A stretch of DNA of 32,000 nt, from NCBI RefSeq assembly GCF_017497985.1, contig NZ_JAGDFV010000008.1, positions 9,869 to 41,868 on the forward strand, read 5' to 3'. The notes beneath the pieces are model-generated. The model worked only from the letters and a program-made list of their open reading frames with translations, was not told where the DNA came from and ran no database searches. Origin of the DNA: Meiothermus sp. CFH 77666 (GTDB lineage Bacteria; Deinococcota; Deinococci; Deinococcales; Thermaceae). Of the stretch, positions 1 to 7,908 are shown one piece after another. Position numbers and translations under genes: made by a program. Within the stretch, counting starts at the first letter, position 1. Every line of letters begins with the position of its first letter.

Positions 1-202
1 CAAAAAAGCCTCCATCACCCCGGTTGCTACTGCGGCCACCATCAGAAACGAGGGAGCCACGCCCCCGCAAAAAGTTCCACAGCGCAATTTCCACCAGGCT
101 CAAAGCCATGATGGCCAGACCGGCTTGTTCAAGGCCATTCGTGGTGCAAAGCGTATCCTGCCCTCACGGTTATCTTCACCCATCTGTGCCACACTGGGCC
201 CC

Positions 203-586
203 ATGACCTACGAGGCTTTTGTCGAGACCGCCGAGCGCTTGTGGGAGGAAATCCCCGTCGAGTACAAGCGCGGCCTGCACGGCCTTCATGTACTGGAGCA
301 CCTCAAACCCGACCCCGACGAGCCAGACCTACTGCGCCTGGGCGAGTACTACGACCCCGGCTACCCTTCGGTGCTGGGGGGTTATGCCGGTATTGGTCGG
401 CACATTGCCCTTTTTTACGGTTCTTTTGTAGCGCTGGCTGCCGGAGACCCCGATTTTGACTGGGAGGGCGAAATCTGGGAAACCCTGGTACACGAGCTGC
501 GCCACCACCTGGAATCGCTGGCCTGGCGGGACGATCTCGTACAAGAGGATATCCAGAACCTGCGGCGGTATCGGGAGGGGCGATAG
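203..586 (+). CDS. Small zincin-like metallopeptidase family protein (HExxH)
   Basis: ORF 125..586. The ATG at 203 (MTYEAF...) is the preferred start. HELRHH metal-binding motif near the C-terminus. Strong GC3 bias. Confidence 0.7.
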   Translation: MTYEAFVETAERLWEEIPVEYKRGLHGLHVLEHLKPDPDEPDLLRLGEYYDPGYPSVLGGYAGIGRHIALFYGSFVALAAGDPDFDWEGEIWETLVHELRHHLESLAWRDDLVQEDIQNLRRYREGR

Positions 587-630
587 GGCGGTTCTCGTGA
601 AATACCAAATCCACATGAACCCCTTGCCTG

Positions 631-720
631 CTCCCCCTGTGGGAGAAGGTGGCGACACCCCTTCCACCGGCATATGAGAACAGTGACCGTGACGTCATTG
701 ACTGCGTCTGGGGTGTCGCC
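631..720. repeat. Structured repeat module, copy A: GC hairpin plus 11-bp inverted repeat GGCGACACCCC/GGGGTGTCGCC
   Basis: The arms at 651-661 and 710-720 are perfect reverse complements. The reverse complement of 631-657 matches 29814-29840 at 24/27 positions. Confidence 0.6.
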
Positions 721-867
721 CAGGTTACGGCTTTGCAAGTGCTTGCACCAGAATCGCGTAAGCGACTCGCCTAGGATGAGGGGTTTTAGGAAAGACTCTC
801 AAAAGACAACTATCCAGGTAAAGTTGGTATAAGCATTCGTCGCTTCGAGGAGGCTGCATTGCGGGAG

Positions 868-892
868 AAAAAAAAGCCCCCAGACGGGGGCT
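868..892 (-). terminator. Rho-independent terminator of the BON/LysM gene, possibly bidirectional
   Basis: Stem AGCCCCC (875-881) / GGGGGCT (886-892) with a 4-nt loop. On the minus strand it is followed by a T8 run (A8 at 868-875). It lies 16 nt after the stop at 908. Confidence 0.8.
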
Positions 893-907
893 TTGGGTGT
901 TTTGGGC

Positions 908-1600
908 TTACCGGGGGATTTGGAGCTTCTGGCCCACCCGGATCAGGTCGGGGTTGGCGATGTTGTTGGCTTTGGCAATTTTCATGTAGCTATCCCTCGA
1001 GGCATCGCCATAAAACTTCAGGGCAATGCCCGAGAGGGTATCGCCGGGTTGCACGGTGTACCATTCGTCGGGGATGTTGACCCCGCCCTGCTCAGCGGCG
1101 AACCTGGCCTTGGCGCCTTCCACAATTTGCAGTTCGCTGGCGTCTACCTCGGTGGCCCCGGCTTGCTTGGCCAGTTGAACCGCCAGGTTGTACTCGTGCT
1201 GGCTGTCTACTGCACCCTTGAGCACCACCCCGGTGCCCTTTTGCAAGACCGCGATGGGGTCGTCCTTGAGCTCGCCGTTGGCTTCCAGGGTAGCCAGCAC
1301 CTTTTTAGCCAGCTTGCTGGCCTCGGTGGCCTTGCGGATGACCTCCTCTTCTGCGGCGATGGCAGCATCAGAAACCTCCTGCTGGGCCACGATGACCCCG
1401 CTCAGGTCTACCGACTTGACCCCTTTAACCCCCTCGACCGTGGCCTGCAGCAGAGAAAGGTGAGGCTGACGAGGCACCGCGCCAGTGATACGAACATTTC
1501 CTCCTTGCTCCTGAATGTTGAGCCCCAGCCCCTGGAGCGGGGGCCACTGGTTGATGGCGTCCTGAACTCGAGCGGACAATGACTTTCCAAACGGCCACAT
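908..1600 (-). CDS. BON-domain / LysM-domain protein (YgaU/Kbp-like architecture)
   Basis: 230-aa ORF. C-terminal LysM signature (YTVQPGDTLSGIALKFYGD...IRVGQKLQIP). Upstream BON-like repeats. GGAGG Shine-Dalgarno sequence before the ATG at 1600. Confidence 0.85.
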   Translation of the reverse strand: MWPFGKSLSARVQDAINQWPPLQGLGLNIQEQGGNVRITGAVPRQPHLSLLQATVEGVKGVKSVDLSGVIVAQQEVSDAAIAAEEEVIRKATEASKLAKKVLATLEANGELKDDPIAVLQKGTGVVLKGAVDSQHEYNLAVQLAKQAGATEVDASELQIVEGAKARFAAEQGGVNIPDEWYTVQPGDTLSGIALKFYGDASRDSYMKIAKANNIANPDLIRVGQKLQIPR

Positions 1601-1656
1601 AATATACCTCCAGCCGGAGTATACCCCGGCTGTGTAAAAGGATTATGCAAAGAGGC

Positions 1657-2721
1657 TCAGGCCAGCTCGAGGCTGCTCAAATCGCCCAGCACCAGTTTGT
1701 GGGCTTTGGGCAGGCCGTTGCGACGGGTGACTCTAGCCCCCACCCCCAGAATGCACTCGTGCAGGCGCAAGGGCACGTCCTCCACCACCGCGCTGTCTTC
1801 CAGAATGGAAAACTCCACCTCGGCTTGCCGCACGGTGGCATTGGGCCCCACCGAGGTAAAAGGGCCGATGTAGGCCCCCTCAATCATGGCGTTTTGGGCG
1901 ATGTGCACCGGGCCCAGCACGGTGCTGTTCTTAACCACTGCCCCTTTCTCGATCACCACCCGCCCGGTGATCTGACTGTCGTGTACGTGCCCCTCCACAA
2001 CCGGGGTGGGGCTTTTCTGTTCTACCAGGAGCAATCGGTTGGCATCCAGCAGGTCGGCGGGGCGGCCGGTGTCTTTCCACCAGCCGGTAATTTCTTGCCC
2101 CAGCACGGTATGCCCCTGATCCATCAGGGCCTGGATGGCGTCGGTGATTTCATACTCGCCGCGGGCGCTAGGTTTGAGGTTGGCGATGATCTCCATAATG
2201 GCCGGGCTGAATACATACACCCCGGCTACGGCCAGGTCGGAGGGGGGATCTTTGGGTTTCTCAAGCAGCTTCACAATCCGCCCCTGATCCAGCACGGCTA
2301 CCCCAAACTGCCGGGGATCGGGCACCCGTACCAGGGCAATCACCGCCCCCACACCGGGCTTGAAAGCCTCGACAAAAGGCTTGATTCCACGCTGGAATAG
2401 GTTGTCGCCCAGGTAGAGCACGAAGGGGCTCTGGCCCAACCATTCTTTGGCGGTGCCCACCGCATGGGCAATACCCAGGGCCTGTTCTTGCACAATGTAG
2501 TTGATCTGAACACCGGGAAAATCCTTGAGGGCTTGCCGAATGTCTTCCTGGGTATCGGGGGAGACCACCACCCCCACCTCGGTAATGCCGGCTTCGAAGA
2601 GGTTTTCCACTGCGTAGTAAATGATGGGTTTGCCACCGAGCCGAATGACCGGTTTGGGCCGGGTGTGGGTAAGGGGACGTAGCCTGGTGCCACGTCCGGC
2701 AGCGAGAATCAATCCTTTCAT
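1657..2721 (-). CDS. Long-form glucose-1-phosphate thymidylyl/nucleotidyl-transferase (NTP-transferase domain plus left-handed beta-helix tail)
   Basis: MKGLILAAGRGTRLRPLT... N-terminal G-rich nucleotide-binding loop. C-terminal hexapeptide-like repeats. Start chosen at ATG 2721; the ORF track extends to a TTG at 2778. Confidence 0.85.
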   Translation of the reverse strand: MKGLILAAGRGTRLRPLTHTRPKPVIRLGGKPIIYYAVENLFEAGITEVGVVVSPDTQEDIRQALKDFPGVQINYIVQEQALGIAHAVGTAKEWLGQSPFVLYLGDNLFQRGIKPFVEAFKPGVGAVIALVRVPDPRQFGVAVLDQGRIVKLLEKPKDPPSDLAVAGVYVFSPAIMEIIANLKPSARGEYEITDAIQALMDQGHTVLGQEITGWWKDTGRPADLLDANRLLLVEQKSPTPVVEGHVHDSQITGRVVIEKGAVVKNSTVLGPVHIAQNAMIEGAYIGPFTSVGPNATVRQAEVEFSILEDSAVVEDVPLRLHECILGVGARVTRRNGLPKAHKLVLGDLSSLELA

Positions 2722-2810
2722 GCTGGAACCCATCTTATCAGTGTGGAGATGTCGGGCCTGTGCATATGAGTAACCCAATGGAGGGGTTGTATGGTAAGTC
2801 AGCGATAGCT

Positions 2811-2824
2811 TGTAAGCGATTACA
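2811..2824. promoter_or_regulatory. LacI-family-type operator O2 (TGTAAGCGATTACA)
   Basis: 14-bp near-palindrome (12/14 symmetric) of the TGNAANCGNTTNCA type. It lies in the divergent spacer, on the nucleotidyltransferase side. Confidence 0.55.
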
Positions 2825-2909
2825 TTTCTCCGCGTGATGCTTTGAAAATAAGCTGGTGTGCAGCTATCTGTGCAAAAATCGCTTTCTATTCCCCTAAATA
2901 CCTTAGGGC

Positions 2910-2938
2910 TTGACAGTTTTTCACAAGGCCATTAGACT
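2910..2938 (+). promoter_or_regulatory. Sigma-A type promoter of the lacI/ABC operon
   Basis: TTGACA (2910-2915), 17-nt spacer, TAGACT (2933-2938). The operator sits immediately downstream. Confidence 0.65.
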
Positions 2939-2954
2939 TACGCTACACAAAAGT

Positions 2955-2968
2955 TGTAAACGCTTACA
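2955..2968. promoter_or_regulatory. LacI-family-type operator O1 (TGTAAACGCTTACA)
   Basis: 14-bp near-palindrome (12/14 symmetric), about 17 nt downstream of the -10 box and 10 nt upstream of the lacI-family start codon. Confidence 0.65.
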
Positions 2969-2977
2969 GAGCGTCTT

Positions 2978-3961
2978 ATGGACAACCGCCGCATGCCCAC
3001 CATTGGAGATGTTGCCCGCCTGGCAGGGGTTTCTACCGGGACGGTGAGCCGGGTGCTGAACCAGCGGGCTGGGGTACACCCGCAAACCCGTCAGCGGGTA
3101 CTCGAGGTGATGGAGCGGCTGGGGTATGTGCCCATGCAGGCTGCCCGCGAGCTTACCGGGCGGGGCGACACGGTGGGAATTTTGCTGGCTCCAGGGGTAC
3201 GCCGCTATATTCCTTATTTTGTCTTGCTGTTCGAGCACCTGACCGAGGCTCTGTGGCGCGAGGGCATGCGCCTGGAGGAGACCCCCACCGATGCAGCCGG
3301 TCTGCCCTTGACCCCCGCAAGGGGCTACATTCTGCTGGGCGCACACGATCACGACCCGCGCCTGGAAGCCCTGCAAAACACCCAAACCCCCCATGTGCTG
3401 ATAGGGGTCTATCCCGGCGCTTACTGGGTGGCCCCCGACGACGAAGGGGGGGCTTATGCGGCCACCCGGCACCTGCTCGAGCTCGGCCACCGCGAGATTG
3501 CCCACCTCACGGGTCAGCCCCAGCACCAGGTGGGGCGCGAGCGTTTGCTGGGCTACCGCAGGGCGCTGGAAGCCTATAACGTCCCCTTTCAGCCGCATCT
3601 TGTGCTGGATGGCGATTTCTCCACCCTCACGGCCTACCGGGTGCTGCGCAAAGCCTGGGAGCAGGGGCTGCGCTTTACCGGCCTGTTCGCCGCCTCCGAC
3701 GAGATGGCCGTCGGTGCTCTAGCGGCTCTGGAAGACGTAGGTTTGCGGATTCCCCAAGACGTTTCGCTGGTGGGCTTCGACGACCTGCCCGAGATTGGCA
3801 CGTCCCTCACCACGGTGCGCCAGGACATCGGGCAGATTGCCGGGGCTGCTGTCCGGCTGCTCAAAGAATCGCTGGCCGGTGGTACGCCACACGGATTGCG
3901 GGTGCCGGTACAACTGGTGGTTCGGGGCACTACCAGCCTGCGGGAGGTGAAAACCGCCTGA
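2978..3961 (+). CDS. LacI family transcriptional regulator
   Basis: N-terminal HTH (PTIGDVARLAGVSTGTVSRVLN) followed by a periplasmic-binding-protein-like sugar-binding fold. Alternative start at ATG 2993. Confidence 0.9.
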   Translation: MDNRRMPTIGDVARLAGVSTGTVSRVLNQRAGVHPQTRQRVLEVMERLGYVPMQAARELTGRGDTVGILLAPGVRRYIPYFVLLFEHLTEALWREGMRLEETPTDAAGLPLTPARGYILLGAHDHDPRLEALQNTQTPHVLIGVYPGAYWVAPDDEGGAYAATRHLLELGHREIAHLTGQPQHQVGRERLLGYRRALEAYNVPFQPHLVLDGDFSTLTAYRVLRKAWEQGLRFTGLFAASDEMAVGALAALEDVGLRIPQDVSLVGFDDLPEIGTSLTTVRQDIGQIAGAAVRLLKESLAGGTPHGLRVPVQLVVRGTTSLREVKTA

Positions 3962-4052
3962 GTGGATCCGCTTGGCCTCAGGCCCCTCGAAAGGGAAACA
4001 TCATCATTCGGTCTATCACATGGCTTTTTTGGGCTAAATAGAGGAGGTAATC

Positions 4053-5288
4053 ATGAAGCGATGGTGGGTAGCAGGTCTGGCTTTAGCTGCGTTGAGCATG
4101 GCCTCAGCGCAAACGGTGGTACGGTTGCAGGGCTTTGGGGGCAACGATACGGCCATTATCAGCAGCCTGGTGCGGGAAGTGGTCAACCCGGCGCTGCAAA
4201 AGGACAACATCCGCGCTGAATACCAGGGTGTGGAGGGCGATTACCGCGCTGCGCTTCTGAACGCGCTTTCGGCAGGCACCGCTGCAGACTTGTTCTATGT
4301 GGACATCTTCTGGTCGGAGCCCCTGTTTGCCTCGGGACGGGTGGAGCCTTTGAACCGGTACTTCACCCAGCAGGAACTCTCGGTCTTCAACCGCAACCTG
4401 CTTAACGCCTTCACCCTGCGTGGTAACGTGTACGGTCTGCCCAAGGACTTCAACACCCTGGCGGTGCAGTTCAACAAAGACCTCTTCGATGAGGCCAAGG
4501 TGCCCTACCCCAACCAGACCGACACCTGGGACACCTTCAAGGACAAGCTCAAGCGGGTGCAGGCCGCCCTCAAGGATGTGGCAGGGCTCTGCGTGGTAGC
4601 CGACCATGCCCGCTTTGGCGCTTTTGCCTACGCTACCGGCTGGCGGCCCTTCAATGCCCAGGGACGCACCGTACTGGACGCCAACTTCCGCCGGGCCTTT
4701 GAGTGGTACACCAGCCTGGTCAAAGACGGAGCCGGTAAGTACGCCCAGGATCTGGGCGAGGGTTGGACGGGCGGCTGCTTCGGAGCCGAGCGGGCTGCCG
4801 TAGCCATTGAGGGAGCCTGGATTGGGGGCTTCCTGCGCGACAAGGCCCCCAACATGCGCTATGGCACCACCCTCATTCCCCTCGACCCGGTAACCAAGCA
4901 GCGGGGCAATTTCATCTTCACCGTTTCGTGGAGCATGAACGCCGCCTCGCGCAACAAGGAGGCCGCCGCCAAGGTGCTGCGGGCCCTCACCAGCCCCGAG
5001 GCCCAGAACTGGATTCTCTCCCGTGGCCTGGCCCTGCCCAGCCGCAGTGCTCTGGCCAACAGCCCCATCTTCCAGCGCCCCGGCAAGGAAAATGAGCTGA
5101 ACCGGGTGGTCTTCCAGGGCTCGACCAGCGTGGGTGGCGCCGTGCTGCCCTTCAAGTTTGGTTCGCTGGACGGGGGAGAGTGGATGCGCCCCATCAACGA
5201 AGCCTTGTTGGCGGTGATTACGGGCAAGAAGTCGGTTGATCAGGCCCTGGCCGATGCCCAGGCCGAACTAAACCGCCTGGTGCGCTAA
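4053..5288 (+). CDS. Carbohydrate ABC transporter substrate-binding protein (family 1 SBP)
   Basis: Signal peptide MKRWWVAGLALAALSMASA|Q. GAGGAGG Shine-Dalgarno sequence. Typical sugar-SBP length and composition. Confidence 0.9.
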   Translation: MKRWWVAGLALAALSMASAQTVVRLQGFGGNDTAIISSLVREVVNPALQKDNIRAEYQGVEGDYRAALLNALSAGTAADLFYVDIFWSEPLFASGRVEPLNRYFTQQELSVFNRNLLNAFTLRGNVYGLPKDFNTLAVQFNKDLFDEAKVPYPNQTDTWDTFKDKLKRVQAALKDVAGLCVVADHARFGAFAYATGWRPFNAQGRTVLDANFRRAFEWYTSLVKDGAGKYAQDLGEGWTGGCFGAERAAVAIEGAWIGGFLRDKAPNMRYGTTLIPLDPVTKQRGNFIFTVSWSMNAASRNKEAAAKVLRALTSPEAQNWILSRGLALPSRSALANSPIFQRPGKENELNRVVFQGSTSVGGAVLPFKFGSLDGGEWMRPINEALLAVITGKKSVDQALADAQAELNRLVR

Positions 5289-5301
5289 ACCAACCCAGGG
5301 T

Positions 5302-5344
5302 GTGGAGCTGAGCGCTGCAACAGGTTTGTGGTGCTCAGCTCCAC
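5302..5344 (+). other. Intercistronic 12-bp perfect stem-loop after the SBP gene
   Basis: GTGGAGCTGAGC (5302-5313) / GCTCAGCTCCAC (5333-5344) with a 19-nt loop and no T-tract. Likely an mRNA stabiliser or partial terminator giving an SBP excess. Confidence 0.6.
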
Positions 5345-5362
5345 GCTAGAAAAGGGGGATAC

Positions 5363-6454
5363 ATGCTTAGGTCGCAACGAATAGAAGCGCTCTATGCCCT
5401 CTTGTTCCTGGCTCCTTTCCTGATTCACCTGGGCGTTTTCTTTGTATTTGCTTTTGTGCGTACCCTGGGTTTTAGCTTTACCGACAAGACCCTGATCGGG
5501 CAGTCCTATCAGATTGTGGGCTTTGCGAACTTTATCCAGTTGTTTCAGGATCCTCGTTTTATTGCGGCCCTGACCCACTCTATCAGCTTCATGCTGATCG
5601 TAACCACCCTCCAGACCTTTCTGGCTTTGAGCATGGCGGCAATCCTCAACCAGCGCCTGCGGGGCATCACCTTTTTCCGTACCGTGTACTACATCCCCAG
5701 CGTACTCTCTTCGGCAGCCGTGACCGTGATTGCGATATGGTTCTTTCAGAAAACGGGTTTCCTGAATACCTTCATTGGCTGGATTGGTTCGGTGGCCCCG
5801 GTGCTGCTGACCTTTGTTGCGATCTTTGTACTGGCACAGGCTGTACAGGTGGCCTGGGAGCGCATACGGGGCCTGCCAGTAGCCCTCACCGACCCGGCCC
5901 TGGCGACCATTTCGCTAGCGGTAGGGCTGGCGCTAACCTGGCTCCTGGCGGCCTTGGGGGTGGTGGTGCCACGCGAGGCCCAACCGCCAGAGTTCACCTG
6001 GCTTACCAACTCTGACCGCTTCTTGGGGGTGCCCATTCCCCTGTGGAGCATTATCATGCTCAACACCTTCACCACCATTCCTACCCTGATGCTCATTTTC
6101 CTGGCGGGCTTGCAGGACATTCCCAAAAGCATCTACGAGGCGGCGGCGATTGATGGGGCCTCGCCCCTGCAGCAGTTTTTTAGCGTGACGGTGCCCATGC
6201 TGCGTCCAGTGACTTTTCTGGTGATTACCCTTTCGCTGATTGGCACCTTGCAGATGTTCGACCAGGTAGCCCTGATGGGCGATGCGGCTCCGCTGGACTC
6301 TATCATTGTGCTGGCCTACTACGTCTACAACAATGTATTTAGTGGAGAGGGTAGGGTGGGGCTGGCTTCGGCAGCAGCCATCATTCTGGCAGCCTTGACC
6401 TTTGCGATTGTGCTTTTGCAACGGGCCCTGGGCATTTCGGAGAAAGCCCACTAG
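5363..6454 (+). CDS. Sugar ABC transporter permease (MalF/BPD type, extended)
   Basis: Multi-pass membrane protein with an EAA-like loop (YEAAAIDGASPLQQFFSVTVP). 363 aa, longer than usual. Confidence 0.9.
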   Translation: MLRSQRIEALYALLFLAPFLIHLGVFFVFAFVRTLGFSFTDKTLIGQSYQIVGFANFIQLFQDPRFIAALTHSISFMLIVTTLQTFLALSMAAILNQRLRGITFFRTVYYIPSVLSSAAVTVIAIWFFQKTGFLNTFIGWIGSVAPVLLTFVAIFVLAQAVQVAWERIRGLPVALTDPALATISLAVGLALTWLLAALGVVVPREAQPPEFTWLTNSDRFLGVPIPLWSIIMLNTFTTIPTLMLIFLAGLQDIPKSIYEAAAIDGASPLQQFFSVTVPMLRPVTFLVITLSLIGTLQMFDQVALMGDAAPLDSIIVLAYYVYNNVFSGEGRVGLASAAAIILAALTFAIVLLQRALGISEKAH

Positions 6455-6462
6455 GAGGAGCT

Positions 6463-7830
6463 ATGGCGGCGCAAGTGATGAAACCGGGGCGCAAGCTGGA
6501 CGAGCGCTATCTGGCCCGGCAGCGCTGGGCCCGGGCCGCCTGGGTTTATGGGGCCATGCTGGCACTGGCGGTTTTCTTTATTGGGCCCTTTTATGTGGCC
6601 TATCTGGGCAGCTTGAAGGATAATCCGCTCGAGTGGCCCTTCCGTTACTCCTTTGCCCAGACCCAGCCTAAAAACTGGGCAGCAGCCTGGCGGTTGGGGC
6701 AGCTGGGTGCGAGCAACCCCTGGACGGGGGGGTTTGCGCCAGGGGCCAACATTCCCTTCCAGGTCAGCTATTTTGTGGAGGATGGCCAGGAGCCACAGAC
6801 CCCCGTAGTGACGGTGCCGACCCGGCGGGCTGGAGCGGGCCTGGGGGCCATTTTCGATGAAGTGCAGGCGGCGCAGTACGCCAGGGTCTCGGAGGTGCAG
6901 GAGGTAGGCCGCCGTTCGGCGGTGGTGGGAGGGCAGCCGGGGCAGATCGTCACCTACAGCTTTACCATCGCCTACGAGGGGCAGGGCCCCCGGGCACCCC
7001 GCTTACCGCTGGACATCGAAGCGCCCAGGGGGCAAGTGTATTACTCGGCGACCCTCGACCCCAACCGCCTCGAGCGCCGCGGACGGGTGGCCAGTTGGGA
7101 CAGTGCAGCGCCCGGCTTGCTGGGGTATGCCTTCCGCAACTACGTACGGGTCTTCAACGAGGCCAGAGACCCCAACACCGGGGCCAGCTTCTTTTTGCGC
7201 TGGACGCTCAACACCTTTCTGGTGTGTGTGGCGGTGGTGCTGACGACCCTGCTTTTTGCCTCGCTGGCCGGATATGCCCTGGCCCGGATGTACTTCCCCG
7301 GCAAGAACTACTTATTCGCCTTTGTGGTCTTTACCATGACCGTGCCGGCTCAGGCCATCTTCATCTCCAACTACCTGGTGCTGCGCGATCTGGGCCTTTT
7401 GAGCAGCCTCTGGGGCATGGTGGTCTGGAGTGCGGTGGGGGCGGGGGCAGTCTTCATCATGAAGCAGTTTTTCGAGTCCATCCCCCGCGAAATCGAGGAA
7501 GCGGCCCTGATTGACGGGGCCAGCCCCATCACCACCTTTTTCCGTATCATCATCCCCATGGCCACGCCCGCGCTGGGGGCCCTCACCATCCTGACCTTCC
7601 AGGGCATGTGGAACGAGTTCTTCAAGGCGGCGGTGGTGCTGTCGGGCCAGCAGGGCAACTACACCCTGCCCCTGGGCCTTTCCTTCTTCCGTAACGCCTA
7701 TGGGGTGGCGGGCGACTGGGGCTTGATGCTGGCCAGTGCCTTTCTCTCGATGATTCCCATTATCATTCTGTTTGTGGTGTTTCAGCGCTACTTTGTGGAG
7801 GGGGTTTCGACCAGCGCTTTGAAAGGTTAA
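6463..7830 (+). CDS. Carbohydrate ABC transporter permease (MalG type) with a large extracytoplasmic insert
   Basis: EAA loop (EEAALIDGASPITTFFRIIIP). A non-membrane segment of about 190 aa sits between the first and second TM helices. Confidence 0.9.
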   Translation: MAAQVMKPGRKLDERYLARQRWARAAWVYGAMLALAVFFIGPFYVAYLGSLKDNPLEWPFRYSFAQTQPKNWAAAWRLGQLGASNPWTGGFAPGANIPFQVSYFVEDGQEPQTPVVTVPTRRAGAGLGAIFDEVQAAQYARVSEVQEVGRRSAVVGGQPGQIVTYSFTIAYEGQGPRAPRLPLDIEAPRGQVYYSATLDPNRLERRGRVASWDSAAPGLLGYAFRNYVRVFNEARDPNTGASFFLRWTLNTFLVCVAVVLTTLLFASLAGYALARMYFPGKNYLFAFVVFTMTVPAQAIFISNYLVLRDLGLLSSLWGMVVWSAVGAGAVFIMKQFFESIPREIEEAALIDGASPITTFFRIIIPMATPALGALTILTFQGMWNEFFKAAVVLSGQQGNYTLPLGLSFFRNAYGVAGDWGLMLASAFLSMIPIIILFVVFQRYFVEGVSTSALKG

Positions 7831-7845
7831 TTGCCAATAGCTGGC

Positions 7846-7878
7846 GGCTGATAGCCATTAAGGCAAAAGCTATCAGCC
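7846..7878 (+). other. 10-bp perfect stem-loop between the permease and glucosidase genes
   Basis: GGCTGATAGC (7846-7855) / GCTATCAGCC (7869-7878). A third copy, GCTATCAGC, lies at 7890-7898. Confidence 0.55.
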
Positions 7879-7908
7879 ATGCGCCATGAGCTATCAGCGA
7901 GGTTCTAC

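Noticed and set aside
1-110. Possible 5-prime end of a minus-strand membrane-protein gene running off the left edge (...VAPSFLMVAAVATGVMEAFL)
   Set aside because: Fewer than 40 codons are visible. Several frames remain open and the start codon is ambiguous, so it cannot be supported from this window.
893-1582. Long antisense or overlapping ORFs throughout the six-frame track, for example 893..1582 +, 1645..2400 +, 2921..3598 -, 9064..9876 -, 10734..11726 -, 12147..12854 -, 21740..22681 +, 22258..23049 +, 25218..25757 -, 28919..29806 +
   Set aside because: They lie opposite or out of frame to ORFs with clear family signatures. They are Arg/Gly/Pro/Ala-rich low-complexity translations, typical of stop-codon-poor high-GC DNA, and they lack the GC3 bias pattern of the real frame.
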